Shown here one piece after another: positions 38,380 to 52,631 of a stretch of 62,195 nucleotides of DNA. Both the position numbers and the translations under genes were made by a program. The stretch is from NCBI GenBank assembly GCA_030141605.1, contig JAQGDQ010001108.1, positions 1 through 62,195 of the forward strand, written 5' to 3'. The first letter of the stretch is position 1. Every line of letters begins with the position of its first letter. Below the pieces are notes generated by a model that saw only the letters and a program-made list of their open reading frames with translations, made no database searches and was not told where the DNA came from. This DNA comes from Tubiluchus corallicola. Lineage: Eukaryota > Animalia > Priapulida.

Positions 38380-38760
38380 AGGACGAAGTTAGTTTGTTCG
38401 CCGTTTAGGTCGGATCGTCTGTTTTTCTGAATTTCGCGTCATATACAGTCACGTGACATGACCTTCCCTAAGTTGCTGCACAGGTTTGCTATGTAATTGC
38501 TAATGTTATAAAATTTGGCGTGGTTACGTGATTTGTGCCGCAGTGCAATTTGTAATCGATTGTGCGTTTGTTTGTTTTATTTTTGAAGTTTGAGCTCATT
38601 GAAATTCAGCTGTAGTTGGTTTTTGGAGCTTTTATTCTGAGGTAGTTCAATACTACAACTAGGAGTGGGACAAGTCATATCTATTGTGGTATCATAACAA
38701 AAAGTCATTCAGTCTTCTCGGATTTCGAGCCACTCATCTAACGACGAGTCGAGGTATTGC
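38380..38760 (+). promoter_or_regulatory. CpG-rich candidate promoter / first exon
   Basis: GTCACGTGAC palindrome at 38448-38457; CpG enrichment; candidate donors after 38641 and 38753. Confidence 0.3.
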
Positions 38761-38849
38761 TGCTGTTCTGTTTTTTCCTGTGACAATATTTATGAAATAG
38801 TACATAGTTATTTGCTTGAAGTTAAATTTCATAATTCATTTTAGACAGT

Positions 38850-39420
38850 GTGGGCTTGCGATGGCTCTGTGCTTCATTTAGCCGAGAGCATTGTACTTGA
38901 TATAAGATTTCATTCCTGCCACAACCACTTTTATTATACAGTCTTTACCACTCTGCTACATCCCTTCTACATTTTTAAAACCTTGCTTGAATAGTATGAT
39001 TAACACAGGATGTATCATAATTCCAGGTTGGTTTGACAATTTGCTTAATTTTTATTATAATTTTGTCTCTTATTCAGTAAGTTTAAAAACAGTTTGAACT
39101 TACATTTACATACTACTTCGCTTCACTAATTCTCGGTTAAATTATCAGCTATTTGCTTATACGTATGTACCAGTGTACTCTTACTCACTGAATACTGATT
39201 TTATTACTTTGTTTTTCACTTTGTTTTACATCATTTGCATAATATTATGCTTTCAACTGTTGAACTTCACAACATGTTCAGCACCGCTGTTGGATTTCTT
39301 TACAAATTAGCTACTAATATAATTTTTATTACTGTCTGGCATTATTTTACTTTACTCTAAAATTATCACCCAAGCAAGTGTACTCCAATCTTATTTGATA
39401 AGAATTTAAATAGTATAGAA
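38850..39420 (-). mobile_element. Decayed LINE endonuclease fragment
   Basis: Minus strand gives ILVANL*RNP (YRxP-like) and IKQIVKPTWNYDTSCVNH (Q.I..PTR...IDH-like), interrupted by stops. Confidence 0.35.
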
Positions 39421-39446
39421 TCTAACAAAATGTTGATCAGTGTTAA

Positions 39447-39628
39447 AGCAAAACCAGACCCGATCTTAAACTGTAGGTCAAAACGGTCTACTCTTTAAAA
39501 TATTGAAAGGAATCATATGATTTTGTTTCAAAAATGACTTACTGAATTAATGAATTAATTATATTAAAATGTATACTTAAATCGGCCTTGAAAATGGGGT
39601 AGTATATGAAAAATCATCCTGTCTTCTC
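39447..39628 (+). mobile_element. Kolobok-like family A, internally deleted
   Basis: Both family ends joined; TTAA flanks. Confidence 0.7.
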
Positions 39629-39766
39629 TTAAGTTTATGAAGTTTTCTTACGCTTCACGTTTTGACACAACTGAAGGTAACTTAATGGGGTGAGTAACAG
39701 TAATGGCGAGAGTAACATCACAAGAGGCAGAAACAATTTTTAGAAAAAGAAACCCTAATCATTTAA

Positions 39767-40360
39767 AGCAAAACCGCACCCAATCTTAAACTGTAGGTCA
39801 AAACAATCTACTCTTCAAAATATTGAAAGGAAACATGGTATTTTTTCAAAAATGACTCGTGAAAGAAATATTGCCACACAAACACGATTTTGCGTTCGCG
39901 CCACTATTTTTTCACTGTTACACGGATTTCGCCATTCAGTAGCTAGACTGGCACTAGCGCCTGCATTTTCGAAATGCATTGCACAAAAAAGATGCTGTAC
40001 CTCTCAGTTCCGATGTGTTAGTTTCTGACGAACTGCGCACATTCGACAGCTTATGCATGAGCACAGCGATAAAAATGAAATTCGAATTTTTATCTTAAAA
40101 CTTGCCTAGTTTTGGTTCAACACACTGAATATCTTACAGTAGCACTGTACTTCAATTTTCGCTTTCGCAAACGTATGCAACTCGCTCGTGGAATATTTTT
40201 GCTGTTGAAAATTATGTTAGTTTGTGACGTCATCACTTAGTTGGGCTCTCCCGCTGTTATTTAAGTTTTTAATATATTATTTATTATCAGAAATAGTTTT
40301 GTGTTATTATCGGTGTTAAAATGTTTCCTTTTCACCATACTTGAGGTAGTATATGAAAAT
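39767..40360 (+). mobile_element. Kolobok-like family A
   Basis: Colinear with 2308-2917. Confidence 0.75.
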
Positions 40361-41219
40361 CTTTTAAAGCTTTTGGCAGAACATGTACTTTATGCATTAT
40401 TACATTCTTTCAATTATTTACTTCTTTTTGCAAATCAGGCAAATTTAGTCTAGCTAGCCACATTATTGATTTTGGTCACCACATACCCTGTACTAACTGT
40501 ATCACCTAAACATAGTCAAATACAGTACATGAACAGAAAGTTACAAAAGTTTAAAAGTTCATAAAATTATGTCCTAGTCCAGGTAAGATTTTATTACAAA
40601 GCTTTATTAAGTTATGATGCTATATGTTGGCTAGCTTTTTGCTATGTTCATTTAGTTCTTATAAAAGTTTAAAAGTTTATAAATTATTCCAGGTAAGAAT
40701 TTATTACCAAGTTTTATTAAGTTATGATGCTACACATGGGCTAGCTTTTTGCTAAACGTATGTAAAAATGTCTAGTTGAGAGCAGCACACTTAAGGTTAT
40801 TGCTTTGCTCATGTTTAATGAATGTGACAGGTAAAATTGAAGCAAAAGTTAGATCCTAATGCATTTTTCATCATGTATGTTTGATTTTGTTGACGTTTTT
40901 AAAATATATTTTATAATATCAGTTTGAAAAGTTGCACTAATAGCTACACCTACTGCATTTTGCATTATGGATAACATTTAAAGCTTGCATTAAAATATGT
41001 GTACACTCACATGTCGGCTTGCCAGACCTCGCTTTTACGGATATCGGAAAAATCGGACAAAATGTCATCCGTTAAAAGTCCTGCATACCTCGGACGCAGT
41101 CCGTTGTCTCGTGAACTGACCGCTAGTTGGTGGGCCATCGTTTTGTGTACATCATTACCTCAGCGCAACCAAGCAACATGTAACAACACGTGTGTAGACA
41201 TTTTTGAGACAATTAGGTG

Positions 41220-41377
41220 ATTGATTCTACATTACCGTGAGTCTAATTGATTCTACATTACCGTGAGTCTAATTGACTCTACATTACCGTGAGTCTAATT
41301 GACTCTACATTACCGTGAGTCTAATTGACTCTACATTACCGTGAGTCTAATTGACTCTACATTACCGTGAGTCTAAT
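41220..41377. repeat. 26-bp tandem repeat, 6 copies
   Basis: attgactctacattaccgtgagtcta. Confidence 0.92.
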
Positions 41378-41719
41378 ACACGGTGTCTGCTATATTAGCT
41401 TAGTATCAGTATATACGGACTCGGCAAATTTGGACCGACATCTCCCCACTTTTATCCGGCAAACCGAGATGCGATTGTACATAAATGCACAGTAACAAAA
41501 ATAGTATCAACACAGTATCATATCTACCGAGTGTCAATGAAGAAGAGGAGATACGAGGTCACCGATTCTAGTCAAAGAAAATTTTCTACGTAGCGTCAAT
41601 AAAGTTTTGTGCTACATGAAATGGTTCAGCCTTAATTTGGTTTTATTTGCCTAACAGTGAGGTAGTAATATTTTATGGGCAACAGAATCTAGCTGTGTAA
41701 GTTTCAACAGCAGATTTAA

Positions 41720-42353
41720 AGGGAAACATGTTGATTTTTCATGTCCTACCCGATTGTAAAGGACAGTAAAAAATAACAGTAAAGGACAGTACATGTTAAC
41801 ACCAGTAACAGTGTCAAAACGATTCTGACAATTAAATAATAGGTTAAAAATTTAATTAATAGTGACTGAGCCCAACTAGTGATGACATCACAACTGAATA
41901 TAATTTTCAACAGCGCAAACATTCCATGAGCATGTTGCACATGTTTGCAAAAGTGAAGATTGAAGCGCATTGCTACTGTACAATATTCGAGTGTAATATA
42001 TACAAACTTGGAAAATTCTAAGTTTAAAGTTCATATTTCAAGTTTACCACTGTGCTCGTGCATGAGTTATTGATTGTGTGTACTACATCACAAATGAACA
42101 CCTCTCAGCGTAGAGGTGCAGCGCCTGTTTTTTGTGTAATGCATTTCATACAGGCAGACACTTGTGCCTCTCTAACTAGTGCATGAGGAAATGCATGTAG
42201 CGGCGAAGAACTAGTCGCACTAACGCAAAATTACGGTTCTGTGGTGAAATCGTTGTTTCACATTAGTCAATCCTTGAAAAAATAGTGTTCCCTTCAATAT
42301 TTTATAGTGTCGATTGTTTTGAGCTATGGTTCAAGATTGGGTACGGTTTTCCT
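41720..42353 (-). mobile_element. Kolobok-like family A, diverged
   Basis: TTAA|AGG...GGTTTTCCT|TTAA; reverse complement of the family A body. Confidence 0.7.
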
Positions 42354-42717
42354 TTAAAAGACAATGAACCACTCAGCAGTCTAAGGGCACATTATTTCTA
42401 TGGAGAAACCTTGAACAGATTTCTACAGTGGCAATGCAACTTTCTGTATTAAAAACATGTCGCTTACTGAGTTACTGGTTACTGAGATCTCTAGCAAATA
42501 GATATTATAGTTTGGTAGTTTTAAATGCAAGTTTTCATTATATGTATGTATATGTCGTGCTATACATTTCTAAGCAGTTAGTAAGTAAGTTTGTTAAAAT
42601 AACACATTGAAAAGTTAAAGTTAAAAACTGAATTACTGTGTGGAGACGTATAGTAAAAGTAATTTAAAATGGCCACAACAATTGATTAAGCAATATTAAT
42701 TTTCCCCTAAATTACAG

Positions 42718-42787
42718 GTATGAAAAAACGTAACACATCAAGAGTAAACAGGAGTTGTGCAAATCCACGATTAACTCTTTCAGGACC
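42718..42787 (+). other. Candidate small exon of an unidentified gene
   Basis: ccctaaattacag|GTATG...GACC|gtaagc; splice signals only. Confidence 0.3.
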
Positions 42788-43831
42788 GTAAGCGTTTGCT
42801 GCATTTTGCACGGGTTCATGAAAAATTGCTATCACTAAGCAGTGTTTTCTTTAAATTTGATAAATATTGTTGGTTTGTACTCCTGTCATGATGTACTTTA
42901 TATGTTATAAATTATGTATGAAATGCATTTGCTTACCTTAGAAAAATTAAAAATCAATTTTTGACGAAGAAATGGAGAAAAACTTTCAGTAACTGCAGTG
43001 TTTGCACTGTAACAATGTACAGTATCACTTGTGTGAAATCAGCTAATGCAGAAAATTTCAACTGTCCAGACACAACACTCTGACACACTTTACATTCAAG
43101 TCTACTCTATTGTTAAGAAGAAATTCCTGTTAAAAGATGAAATGACTTCAATTTCTCCTTGGGTGATTAGTTGGTTTTTTCTGGAATAGCAGCAGAACAA
43201 TGCACAGCTTGGGCTGTAGCAAGCAGGCGATCAATAAATTAGTGTGTACGATCACGCAAGTGTACACCAGACTAAGCTACTCAATAGGCTAAGTTGAAGT
43301 GCCCTGAAGATGCTTGTTTGTTTCTAATTTTATCCAATTAAATCACTTATAAATTTTTAAAGAAATGATTGGGTAGCCAATATTTTACCGAATAGAACAG
43401 TGGCTAATTTATTTCAATTTAGTTTTGTTTGCACTCATCTACAGTAGCAGAAAGGTCATAGGTCTAATAAGACCTATTTTGAATGGTGTGGTTATGAAGG
43501 TGTAATAAGAAATGTGGATAAATAAACTTTGTAAAACATTACATTTGATTTTCTATAAGCTTTACCATTTGCTAGTCTAACTAAGGTAGACTGTAAAGGT
43601 GACATGTCGGAATCAGTAACAGCCCTAGAAATCCGAATATTAAAAATCTAGTTTCCAGCGCGGCTTCTTGAATGCGCCATCTTGAATGCAAACTGAAAGA
43701 ATGTAGATTGTAGAATGCACAGTTATATAAACGTATATGTTTTTCTACAAGCAATGCAAGCATGTAATTTTGAATGATTTTCTTGCACACGCTGTTTGAG
43801 TTGCAAACAAACCCCTAATTTCTTGTCTTAA

Positions 43832-44523
43832 TGTTCAAGAAAACCCTCCACTTACATTAAGATTTAAACTTCGTTTAAAAATTTTATACCGCTTGCTTAC
43901 TGCCTTTTTGCCCGCAGGGCTTGCTTCGGCAGTAACGCTGTATAAAACTTGTAAACTTTAACTCCCGGGACGACCGATATGCGCAGCCATTTTAATTGTA
44001 CATCGTTTGAAACAAGTTTAGATAACATTGGGAGAAGTTTGTACAAATAATCAAAGCATTCATACCACACAGTTTTACTAACTAAGTAAAATATTAAAAT
44101 GTTATATCTTTTCAATAATTATACGTTTTTGGTTAGTGAGTGGCGCACCCTGGAGGGTGAGTCAGCGACATTTTACCAATTGGCATGAACATTTATATTA
44201 TTATTTCTCTAGTTACATAATTCTTTCCAGCTGGTAAGTGAAATGCAAAGTAATATAGATTTGCATGGACAGTTTTTTTGGGACATAGTTTAACATTAAC
44301 TTCTTTCTTGATTTACGTTTGCGCAGGTAACGTCACGTAATGGCGTCATTAGAACAGTTGAGGGATATTTAAAATAAAAACAAACAAAAATTCATTTTAA
44401 TGCGAGTACGACATATGAGTAAAAATGCTGTAAGGTAATATAATTTTTTAGCGCGATTTTTCTGAAACCTATTTTAGGTACCCCTTTTCTGAAACCTACT
44501 TTAGGTACCCCTTTTCTTGTCCT
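43832..44523 (-). mobile_element. Kolobok-like family C
   Basis: Ends CTTGTCCT|TTAA; homologous to 53295-53916 and 54114-54793. Confidence 0.75.
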
Positions 44524-44959
44524 TTAACTTGACAACAAAGTGCAGTGCACAAAAATCCATATTTGAATGGACTCCCCGGGGGAAAATTTGCAGTAAAATA
44601 TGGCTTCTCCCAGGGAGGAAATCCGGGAAAACAACTTTACGTTTGTTAAGATAATAGAGAATTATTGTTAAAATCTTTCTTCCTTTCAAGATGCACTGCC
44701 ATTCCCCCGTGACAGAAAATCAATTTTCGTCCCTGTTTTTGCTGAATTTGTATCGACAATGGAAAAAGTCTTGCCCGCGCGGATAATGAAATTTCTCCCT
44801 AAAATAATGTCTGATAAGTCTTGTCAGATAAATCGTAATTAGGTTTACCCTGTTAAATGCTAAGTGAAATTAGCCAGCGTTTGGGATAAACAACAGGATG
44901 ATTTATTAGTGGTTTGCTGAAAAGCATGGAACATCGTAGCATCTTTACAATTTCCCTGA

Positions 44960-46460
44960 ATTGCTGCGAGTTACTCTCTGACAGTAAGCACAAGGTGGCA
45001 CTCACTTCTCTGTTCACCTCGAGAAGTGTCGAGAGTAACTTGCCAAGAAACTTGCAAGCGTGCTCAGAGTAGAGTGTAAAACTTGTTGCGAGTTATTCTC
45101 TGACAGTAAGCACAAGCTGGCACTCACTTCTCTGTTCACCACAAGACGTGTCGAGAGTAACTTGCCAAGTAACTCGCAAGCGTGTTCAGAGTAGAGAGCA
45201 ATACTTGTTGCGAGTTACTCTCTGACAGTAAGCACAAGCTGGCACTCACTTCTCTGTTCACCTCGAGAAGTGTCGAGAGTAACTTGCCAAGAAACTTGCA
45301 AGCGTGTTCAGAGTAGAGAGCAAAACTTGTTGCGAGTTATTCTCTGACAGTAAGCACAAGCTGGCACTCACTTCTCTGTTCACCTCGAGAAGTGTCGAGA
45401 GTAACTTGCCAAGTAACTCGCAAGCGTGCTCAGAGTAGAGTGTAAAACTTGTTGCGAGTTATTCTCTGACAGTAAGCACAAGCTGGCACTCACTTCTCTG
45501 TTCACCACAAGACGTGTCGAGAGTAACTTGCCAAGTAACTCGCAAGCGTGTTCAGAGTAGAGAGCAAAACTTGTTGCGAGTTATTCTCTGACAGTAAGCA
45601 CGAGCTGGCACTCACTTCTCTGTTCACCACAAGAAGTGTCGAGAGTAACTTGCCAAGTAACTCGCAAGCGTGTTCAGAGTAGAGAGCAAAACTTGTTGCG
45701 AGTTATTCTCTGACAGTAAGCACAGGCTGGCACTCACTTCTCTGTTCACCACGGGAAGTGTCGAAAGTAACTTGCCGAGTAACTCGCAAGCATGTTTAGA
45801 GTAGAGAGCAATACTTGTTGCGAGTTATTCTCTGACAGTAAGCACAAGCTGGCACTCACTTCTCTGTTCACCACGAGAAGTGTCGAGAGTAACTTGCCGA
45901 GTAACTCGCAAGCATGTTTAGAGTAGAGAGCAATACTTGTTGCGAGTTATTCTCTGACAGTAAGCACAAGCTGGCACTCACTTCTCTGTTCACCACAAGA
46001 TGTGTCGAGAGTAACTTGCCAAGTAACTCGCAAGCGTGTTCAGAGTAGAGAGCAAAACTTGTTGCGAGTTATTCTCTGACAGTAAGCACAAGCTGACACT
46101 CACTTCTCTGTTCACCACGAGACGTGTCGAGAGTAACTTGCCGAGTAACTCGCAAGCATGTTTAGAGTAGAGAGCAAAACTTGTTGCGAGTTATTCTCTG
46201 ACAGTAAGCACGAGCTGGCACTCACTTCTCTGTTCACCACAAGACGTGTCGAGAGTAACTGGCCAAGTAACTCGCAAGCGTGTTCAGAGTAGAGAGCAAA
46301 ACTTGTCGCAAGTTACTCTGTGACAGTAAGCACAAGCTGGCACTCACTTCTCTGTTCACCACAAGAAGTGTCGAGAGTAACTTGCCGAGTAACTCGCAAG
46401 CGTGTTCAGAGTAGAGAGTTGTCGCAAGTTACTCTGTGACTGCAAGCGTGAGCTGACACG
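44960..46460. repeat. 122-bp tandem repeat, ~12 copies
   Basis: tgcgagtta.tctctgacagtaagcacaag at 44965, 45087 and onward. Confidence 0.95.
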
Positions 46461-47514
46461 TCCTTATTCACCTGTGAGTAACTCACCGAGGTGTTCACAC
46501 TACATAGAAAACTAGCTCGGAGAATTCGTAATTTCTTGCTGACAGTAACTCGCAGAACAGTTCACACTTTGCTGTCAGCGCCTGTGTTGTATGCTCTTAC
46601 ATCTCCAGCATTATTTTTTCAGTAATATTGTTTTTGGAAAATGACACTTTCACAAATTTGCTATCAAACTTCCCAGTGTAATTTGCCAGAGCCCAGGGCA
46701 CGATTGATAGGTCTAGTCAGGAAAGACTATCATTTGTTTTAATTCAGATAAATGATTCGCATTGATTTTACAGTCGCCAACTCTCCAGAGATTCATGCCA
46801 TTAGCGTTGATAAAAAGCTACAATTCCTTCTCTTGGTGTTGCCAGGTTATTTAGTGCAACACCACGCCTAAACAAAAAAAACCCGGAAGCCATTAGCCAC
46901 CTTCAGCTGGGATGAACACAGTTTGTGTATAAAGATCTTGATTTTTGAAACTTGGTGTTTGCGTCTCTTGTGGGGCTGCTTCATAGCATCTGTTTTTTGT
47001 TTACACTGTACATAAATTATTTGTGGTCTAAAATGATTTTTTCATATTTGATGCCCGTAGATAAATTCTGACAAAACGTTGTTTCTTATCAATTCTAAAT
47101 CCTAATAATAAAATCCACACTCTATCGCTAGATACCCGTACTCATAGATATAGCACTCGTCACCATCTTAAATACCCCCCCCCCCCTTACCTAGATGCTC
47201 GTCACCATCTTAAATAGCCCCCCCCCCTTACCTAGATGCAGAACAGAGAGATTCAAGAATAGTTTTATCTCATATGGTTTCTTCAACTTCCAAATTTAAG
47301 TTTTGACTCGTTTTGATTTTACTTTATTTTATGTACTATTTCATTGTGCTGTACTGTGAATCAACGTTTTAGTTGTAATGATGATAAATAAACTTATTAT
47401 TATTGTACCTGGTGTGCCCTCTGTGACATTTATTTCACATTACACGTTTACAGTATATAGTGAAAGGGCCTGCAATGAACATAATACAAATAAGTTTTTA
47501 TTCTTTCTGCACAG

Positions 47515-47549
47515 GAAAAGCCTCAAACACTGTTCACCTGTATACGAAG
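47515..47549 (+). other. Candidate 35-nt exon
   Basis: ttttattctttctgcacag|GAAA...GAAG|gtaaat; strong signals on both sides. Confidence 0.4.
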
Positions 47550-48465
47550 GTAAATGTGTTGCGGGCAATCAAAAAGCAGGGCTTGTTAGATTGTCCCACA
47601 CTGTGAAAGAAAAAAAGTAATGGAAATAATCTGAAAATTTAAAGTGAATCGTGTGATAAAAAAACATTTAGTGCTTAAAATGGAATGATGTAATGAATGA
47701 AGCTCATATATGAGGTGATATAAAAGATAGAAAGAAAATAAAATCATCATCAAATCATGTGCTTATCATGCAACCGTCACATGGCGTGTGCGTAATGCAA
47801 AGCCGTTTGCTACATCAGTTCAGTATCTTCGGCTGTTTTACGCGGACTTTACTTAATAATGCACAAGTCAGTGCATTGTGTGACTTACTAGCAGGACCTT
47901 GCCGGGGAACAAGAAAAAATGAACTAGGTATACTTCTAGCTAGCTGCTAAAACTGTTACTTTTACAATAGCATGGGGCTGCGAAGCGTTGTCAAGTGTAC
48001 ACAAATGCGTTGCCTGGTACACTTAACCTTTGACCTTTTCACGATCATCATCAATCGCTGCAAATGTGAAAAGTCTTTGCTGCTTTATGCTGCCCCAAAA
48101 TGGCTTTTGATGAATGCTAAAGAACTCTTGTGAACAAAGACTATGTATCGAGTGGTGCAAAAAATGTGCGATATTATATTGCAATCACTCGAAAATTACT
48201 AAATTGACCTTACAGACACTTATATTTAAACACCAACAACTTTAGGTCATTGGCTTAGATTTTCTCGAAGATACTTAATTTGTAAAACAAGTCAGAAAAA
48301 TTTTTCTATGTCACTGTTGTTAAAATCTACAACAAATGCTTAATGTGTCCACCATTTTAGCTGCAAACTAGACAAAGGCATTTCTTCCAACAGCTGACAC
48401 AGTTCGTCATTTCTCTGAGGGATATTTGTGGTCAGCACTTACAATTTTTACCTTTAGTTCTTTTG

Positions 48466-50305
48466 CACGTGATAACCGTGTCATACTTTGTGTCTATTTT
48501 AACATGGCATGACAATTTGTACTCATTGTTGCTGATCACGTGATAACCGTGTCATACTTTGTGTCTATTTTAACATGGCATGACAATTTGTACTCATTGT
48601 TGCTGATCACGTGATAACCGTGTCATACTTTGTGTCTATTTTAACATGGCATGACATTTTGTATTCATCGTTGCTGATCACGTGATAACCGTGTCATACT
48701 TTGTGTCTATTTTAACATGGCATGACAGTTTGTATTCATCGTTGCTGATCACGTGATAACCATGTCATACTTTGTGTCTATTTTAACATGGCATGACAAT
48801 TGGTATTCATCGTTGCTGATCACGTGATAACCGTGTCATACTTTGTGTCTATTTTAACATGGCATGACAGTTTGTATTCATCGTTGCTGATCACGTGATA
48901 ACCATGTCATACTTTGTGTCTATTTTAACATGGCATGACAATTGGTATTCATCGTTGCTGATCACGTGATAACCGTGTCATACTTTGTGTCTATTTTAAC
49001 ATGGCATGACAATTGGTATTCATCGTTGCTGATCACGTGATAACCGTGTCATACTTTGTGTCTATTTTAACATGGCATGACATTTTGTATTCATCGTTGC
49101 TGATCACGTGATAACCGTGTCATACTTTGTGTCTATTTTAACATGGCATGACATTTTGTATTCATCGTTGCTGATCACGTGATAACCGTGTCATACTTTG
49201 TGTCTATTTTAACATGGCATGACAGTTTGTATTCATCGTTGCTGATCACGTGATAACCGTGTCATACTTTGTGTCTTTTTTAACATGGCACGACAATTTG
49301 TATTCATCGTTGCTGATCACGTGATAACCGTGTCATACTTTGTGTCTATTATAACATGGCATGACAATTTGTACTCATTGTTGCTGATCACGTGATAACC
49401 GTGTCATACTTTGTGTCTATTTTAACATGGCATGACAATTTGTATTCATCGTTGCTGATCACGTGATAACCGTGTCATACTTTTTGTTTTTAACATGGCA
49501 TGACAGTTTGTATTCATCGTTGCTGATCACGTGATAACCGTGTCATACTTTGTGTCTTTATTAACATGGCCTGACAGTTTGTACTCATCGTTGCTGATCA
49601 CGTGATAACCGTGTCATACTTTGTGTCTATTTTAACATGGCATGACAGTTTGTATTCATCGTTGCTGATCACGTGATAACCGTGTCATACTTTGTGTCTA
49701 TTTTAACATGGCACGACAATTTGTATTCATCGTTGCTGATCACGTGATAACCGTGTCATACTTTGTGTCTATTTTAACATGGCATGACAATTTGTATTCA
49801 TCGTTGCTGATCACGTGATAACCGTGTCATACTTTGTGTCTTTTATAACATGGCCTGACAATTTGTATTTATCGTTGCTGATCACGTGATAACCGTGTCA
49901 TACTTTGTGTCTATTTTAACATGGCTGACAGTTTGTATTCATCGTTGCTGATCACGTGATAACCGTGTCATACTTTGTGTCTTTATTAACATGGCATGAC
50001 AGTTTGTATTCATCGTTGCTGATCACGTGATAACCGTGTCATACTTTGTGTCTTTTTTAACATGGCCTGACAGTTTGTAATCATCGTTGCTGATCACGTG
50101 ATAACCGTGTCATACTTTGTGTCTATTTTAACATGGCATGACAATTTGTATTCATCGTTGCTGATCACGTGATAACCGTGTCATACTTTGTGTCTTTTTT
50201 AACATGGCCTGACAGTTTGTATTCATCGTTGCTGATCACGTGATAACCGTGTCATACTTTGTGTCTATTTTAACATGGCATGACAATTTGATTTCATCGT
50301 TGCTT
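48466..50305. repeat. 71-bp minisatellite, ~26 copies
   Basis: Unit cacgtgataaccgtgtcatactttgtgtctattttaacatggcatgacaatttgtattcatcgttgctgat. Confidence 0.97.
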
Positions 50306-51142
50306 ATTGCTCACTTAGTTAAAAGATATGTAGAACCCAAGTTCTGATATAGCATGTGTATTTGTTTATGTAAAATTTAGTTGTTTACATCATTAGTTGT
50401 CTAACTACTTCACTAATAGAACCAAGTATAGTCTACTTCCTTTTTACTGATTCTATGAACGATTTCTTGAACTTTCTTATTTTCCGATTGTGGTTATTTA
50501 TAAATACAAATGTATTGATGTACAAAACGTTTCCAATGGCAACGACTTATACATGATATTTGCTGGAGACTAAGTTTCACAGAGTTCTAGTCTTTAAAAG
50601 CTTTCTAAGCTTTGAAAATGTCAGACAGTAATAGAATAATTGCAATGCGTAAACCGATTATAGATTCACTGCGTCACAGCAAAGACAAATGTAACATTTA
50701 AACTAATGCTGCACCAAACCTATAGATGTGGTGAGCCTTTTCACAGTCCCAGCGATTGATAACGATCGTGAAAAGGTCAAAGGTTAAGTGTACCAGACAA
50801 CGCATTTTTGTGTACACTTGACAACGCCGCACAGCCCATGCTATTGTAATAGTAACGGTTTTAACAGCTAGCTAGAACTTTACCTAGTTCATTTTTTTCT
50901 TGTTTCCAAGCAAGATACTGCTAGTAATCAACCTACGTGCAGACTAATGCACAATTAAGTCAAGTTCACGTAAAACAAAAGAAATTACTAAAGTGATACA
51001 GCAGACGGCTTTGCTTTCCCTACACGTCACGTGACAGTTGTAGTTAAGGCGTGTTGCTGTGGTACACTTAACCTTTGACCTACAGCAATTGCATGTGCGC
51101 ACGACGAAATTGTAAAGAGCCTTATTATGAATTAGATAAGTA

Positions 51143-51352
51143 CAGGGTGTTCCAAAAGAAACGGTGTAGTAGAGATGTACACTGTAACGGTGATGTGGCG
51201 TAACGATCAAATCACAACGAAGTTATCATTGACTGCATTATGACGTCATTTCTATTATTTGGTCAGTTCCAAAAAGAAATTCATTTTTGTGCGTTTCAGT
51301 GCAGCGTTTCACAGCATTTTCTTGCACTGCTTTTTTTTTCTGGAACGCCCTG
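51143..51352. mobile_element. Tc1/mariner-type MITE
   Basis: TA|CAGGGTGTTCCA...TGGAACGCCCTG|TA; a related left end sits at 13848. Confidence 0.75.
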
Positions 51353-51672
51353 TATGTGCGCTTTTGCAGTTGAGACAGAGTATGAGAAGCACGTGTTTAT
51401 TGCGTTATTCAGCGAGGGGGGGGGAAGTAATGTGATCAACACGATGCATATGGGTCATTCTCCACAGAACGTGCAGAATGTGTGTGGAAAAATCTGCTAA
51501 ATGATAGGCAAGATTTTTTTAAAAAATATCGTATCCTGCTATTAATAAGGCCCCTTGTATATGAAGAAGATACTGACAGAGCTTAAGACACTTGCAAAAA
51601 TTTATTATGACCATTTTAAAGTCATCCCAGTGATTACTGTTGTCATTATGGTTACAGACATGAGGTGTGCTA

Positions 51673-52631
51673 CAGGTTTTACATGTCAAATGTAGACCTG
51701 CGTTAACTCAAATGTAGATTTAGGTAATTCAAATGTGTCTTGGTAACTCAAATGTAGACTTTGGTAGTTCAAATGTGTTAACAATGGTTTTCAAGAAATC
51801 TTGAGTGTTTTTGGTAAGTCAAATGTAGACACATGTCAAGTCAAATGTGACATTGGTATCTCATATGTGGATAGGTGGTAAAGTTTAAGGAAGTAAAATT
51901 TAATCTTCTTTGATCTTAACCTAATAATTGCTCTTAAGAATGTGAAAATAATAACTTTATAGGTCTACTAATAGTTCACTAATATTCTGCAAACTTTACA
52001 TACCATTGGAACTGTTAGAGAAAACATTCTTAAAATAAACAATGTTTGTTGAGAGAAACTAATTCATTAATGCAGTGCTAATGCATTACTTAAAAAACTA
52101 ATTAGTGATTCACTGTTCATTGGGAAGTGGGAACCAATTTATTCTTTTTTACCGACGTTATGGTTTATCAAAGAATTTCGTTTGAGCATAAACATCGCAT
52201 TTTTTAAAGTTGTGAAAGAGGTGATGACTATCTTTGGTTTATCTTATTGTAATTTGCACTTAAGTAATGCATCTACATTTGACTTACCTAAGTCACATTT
52301 GAACTTTCCTGTGTCTACATTTGACTTACCTAAGTCACATTTGAACTTTCCTATGTCTACATTTGACTTACCTAAGTCATATTTGAACTTTCCTATGTCT
52401 ACATTTGACTTACCTAAGTCACATTTGAACTTCCCTATGTCTACATTTGACTTACCTAAGTCACATTTGAACTTTCCTGTGTCTACATTTGACTTACCTA
52501 AGTCACATTTGAACTTTCCTGTGTCTACATTTGACTTACCTAAGTCACATTTGAACTTTCCTGTGTCTACATTTGACTTACCTAAGTCACATTTGAACTT
52601 TCCTGTGTCTACATTTGACGTGTAAAACCTA
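51673..52631. mobile_element. TIR element with subterminal repeats (42-bp array at 52271-52620)
   Basis: TA|CAGGTTTTACATGTCAAATGTAGAC ... GTCTACATTTGACGTGTAAAACCTA|TA. Confidence 0.75.

Noticed and set aside
52182-52625. 147-aa STFDLPKSHLNFP repeat protein
   Set aside because: 42-bp subterminal array of a TIR element
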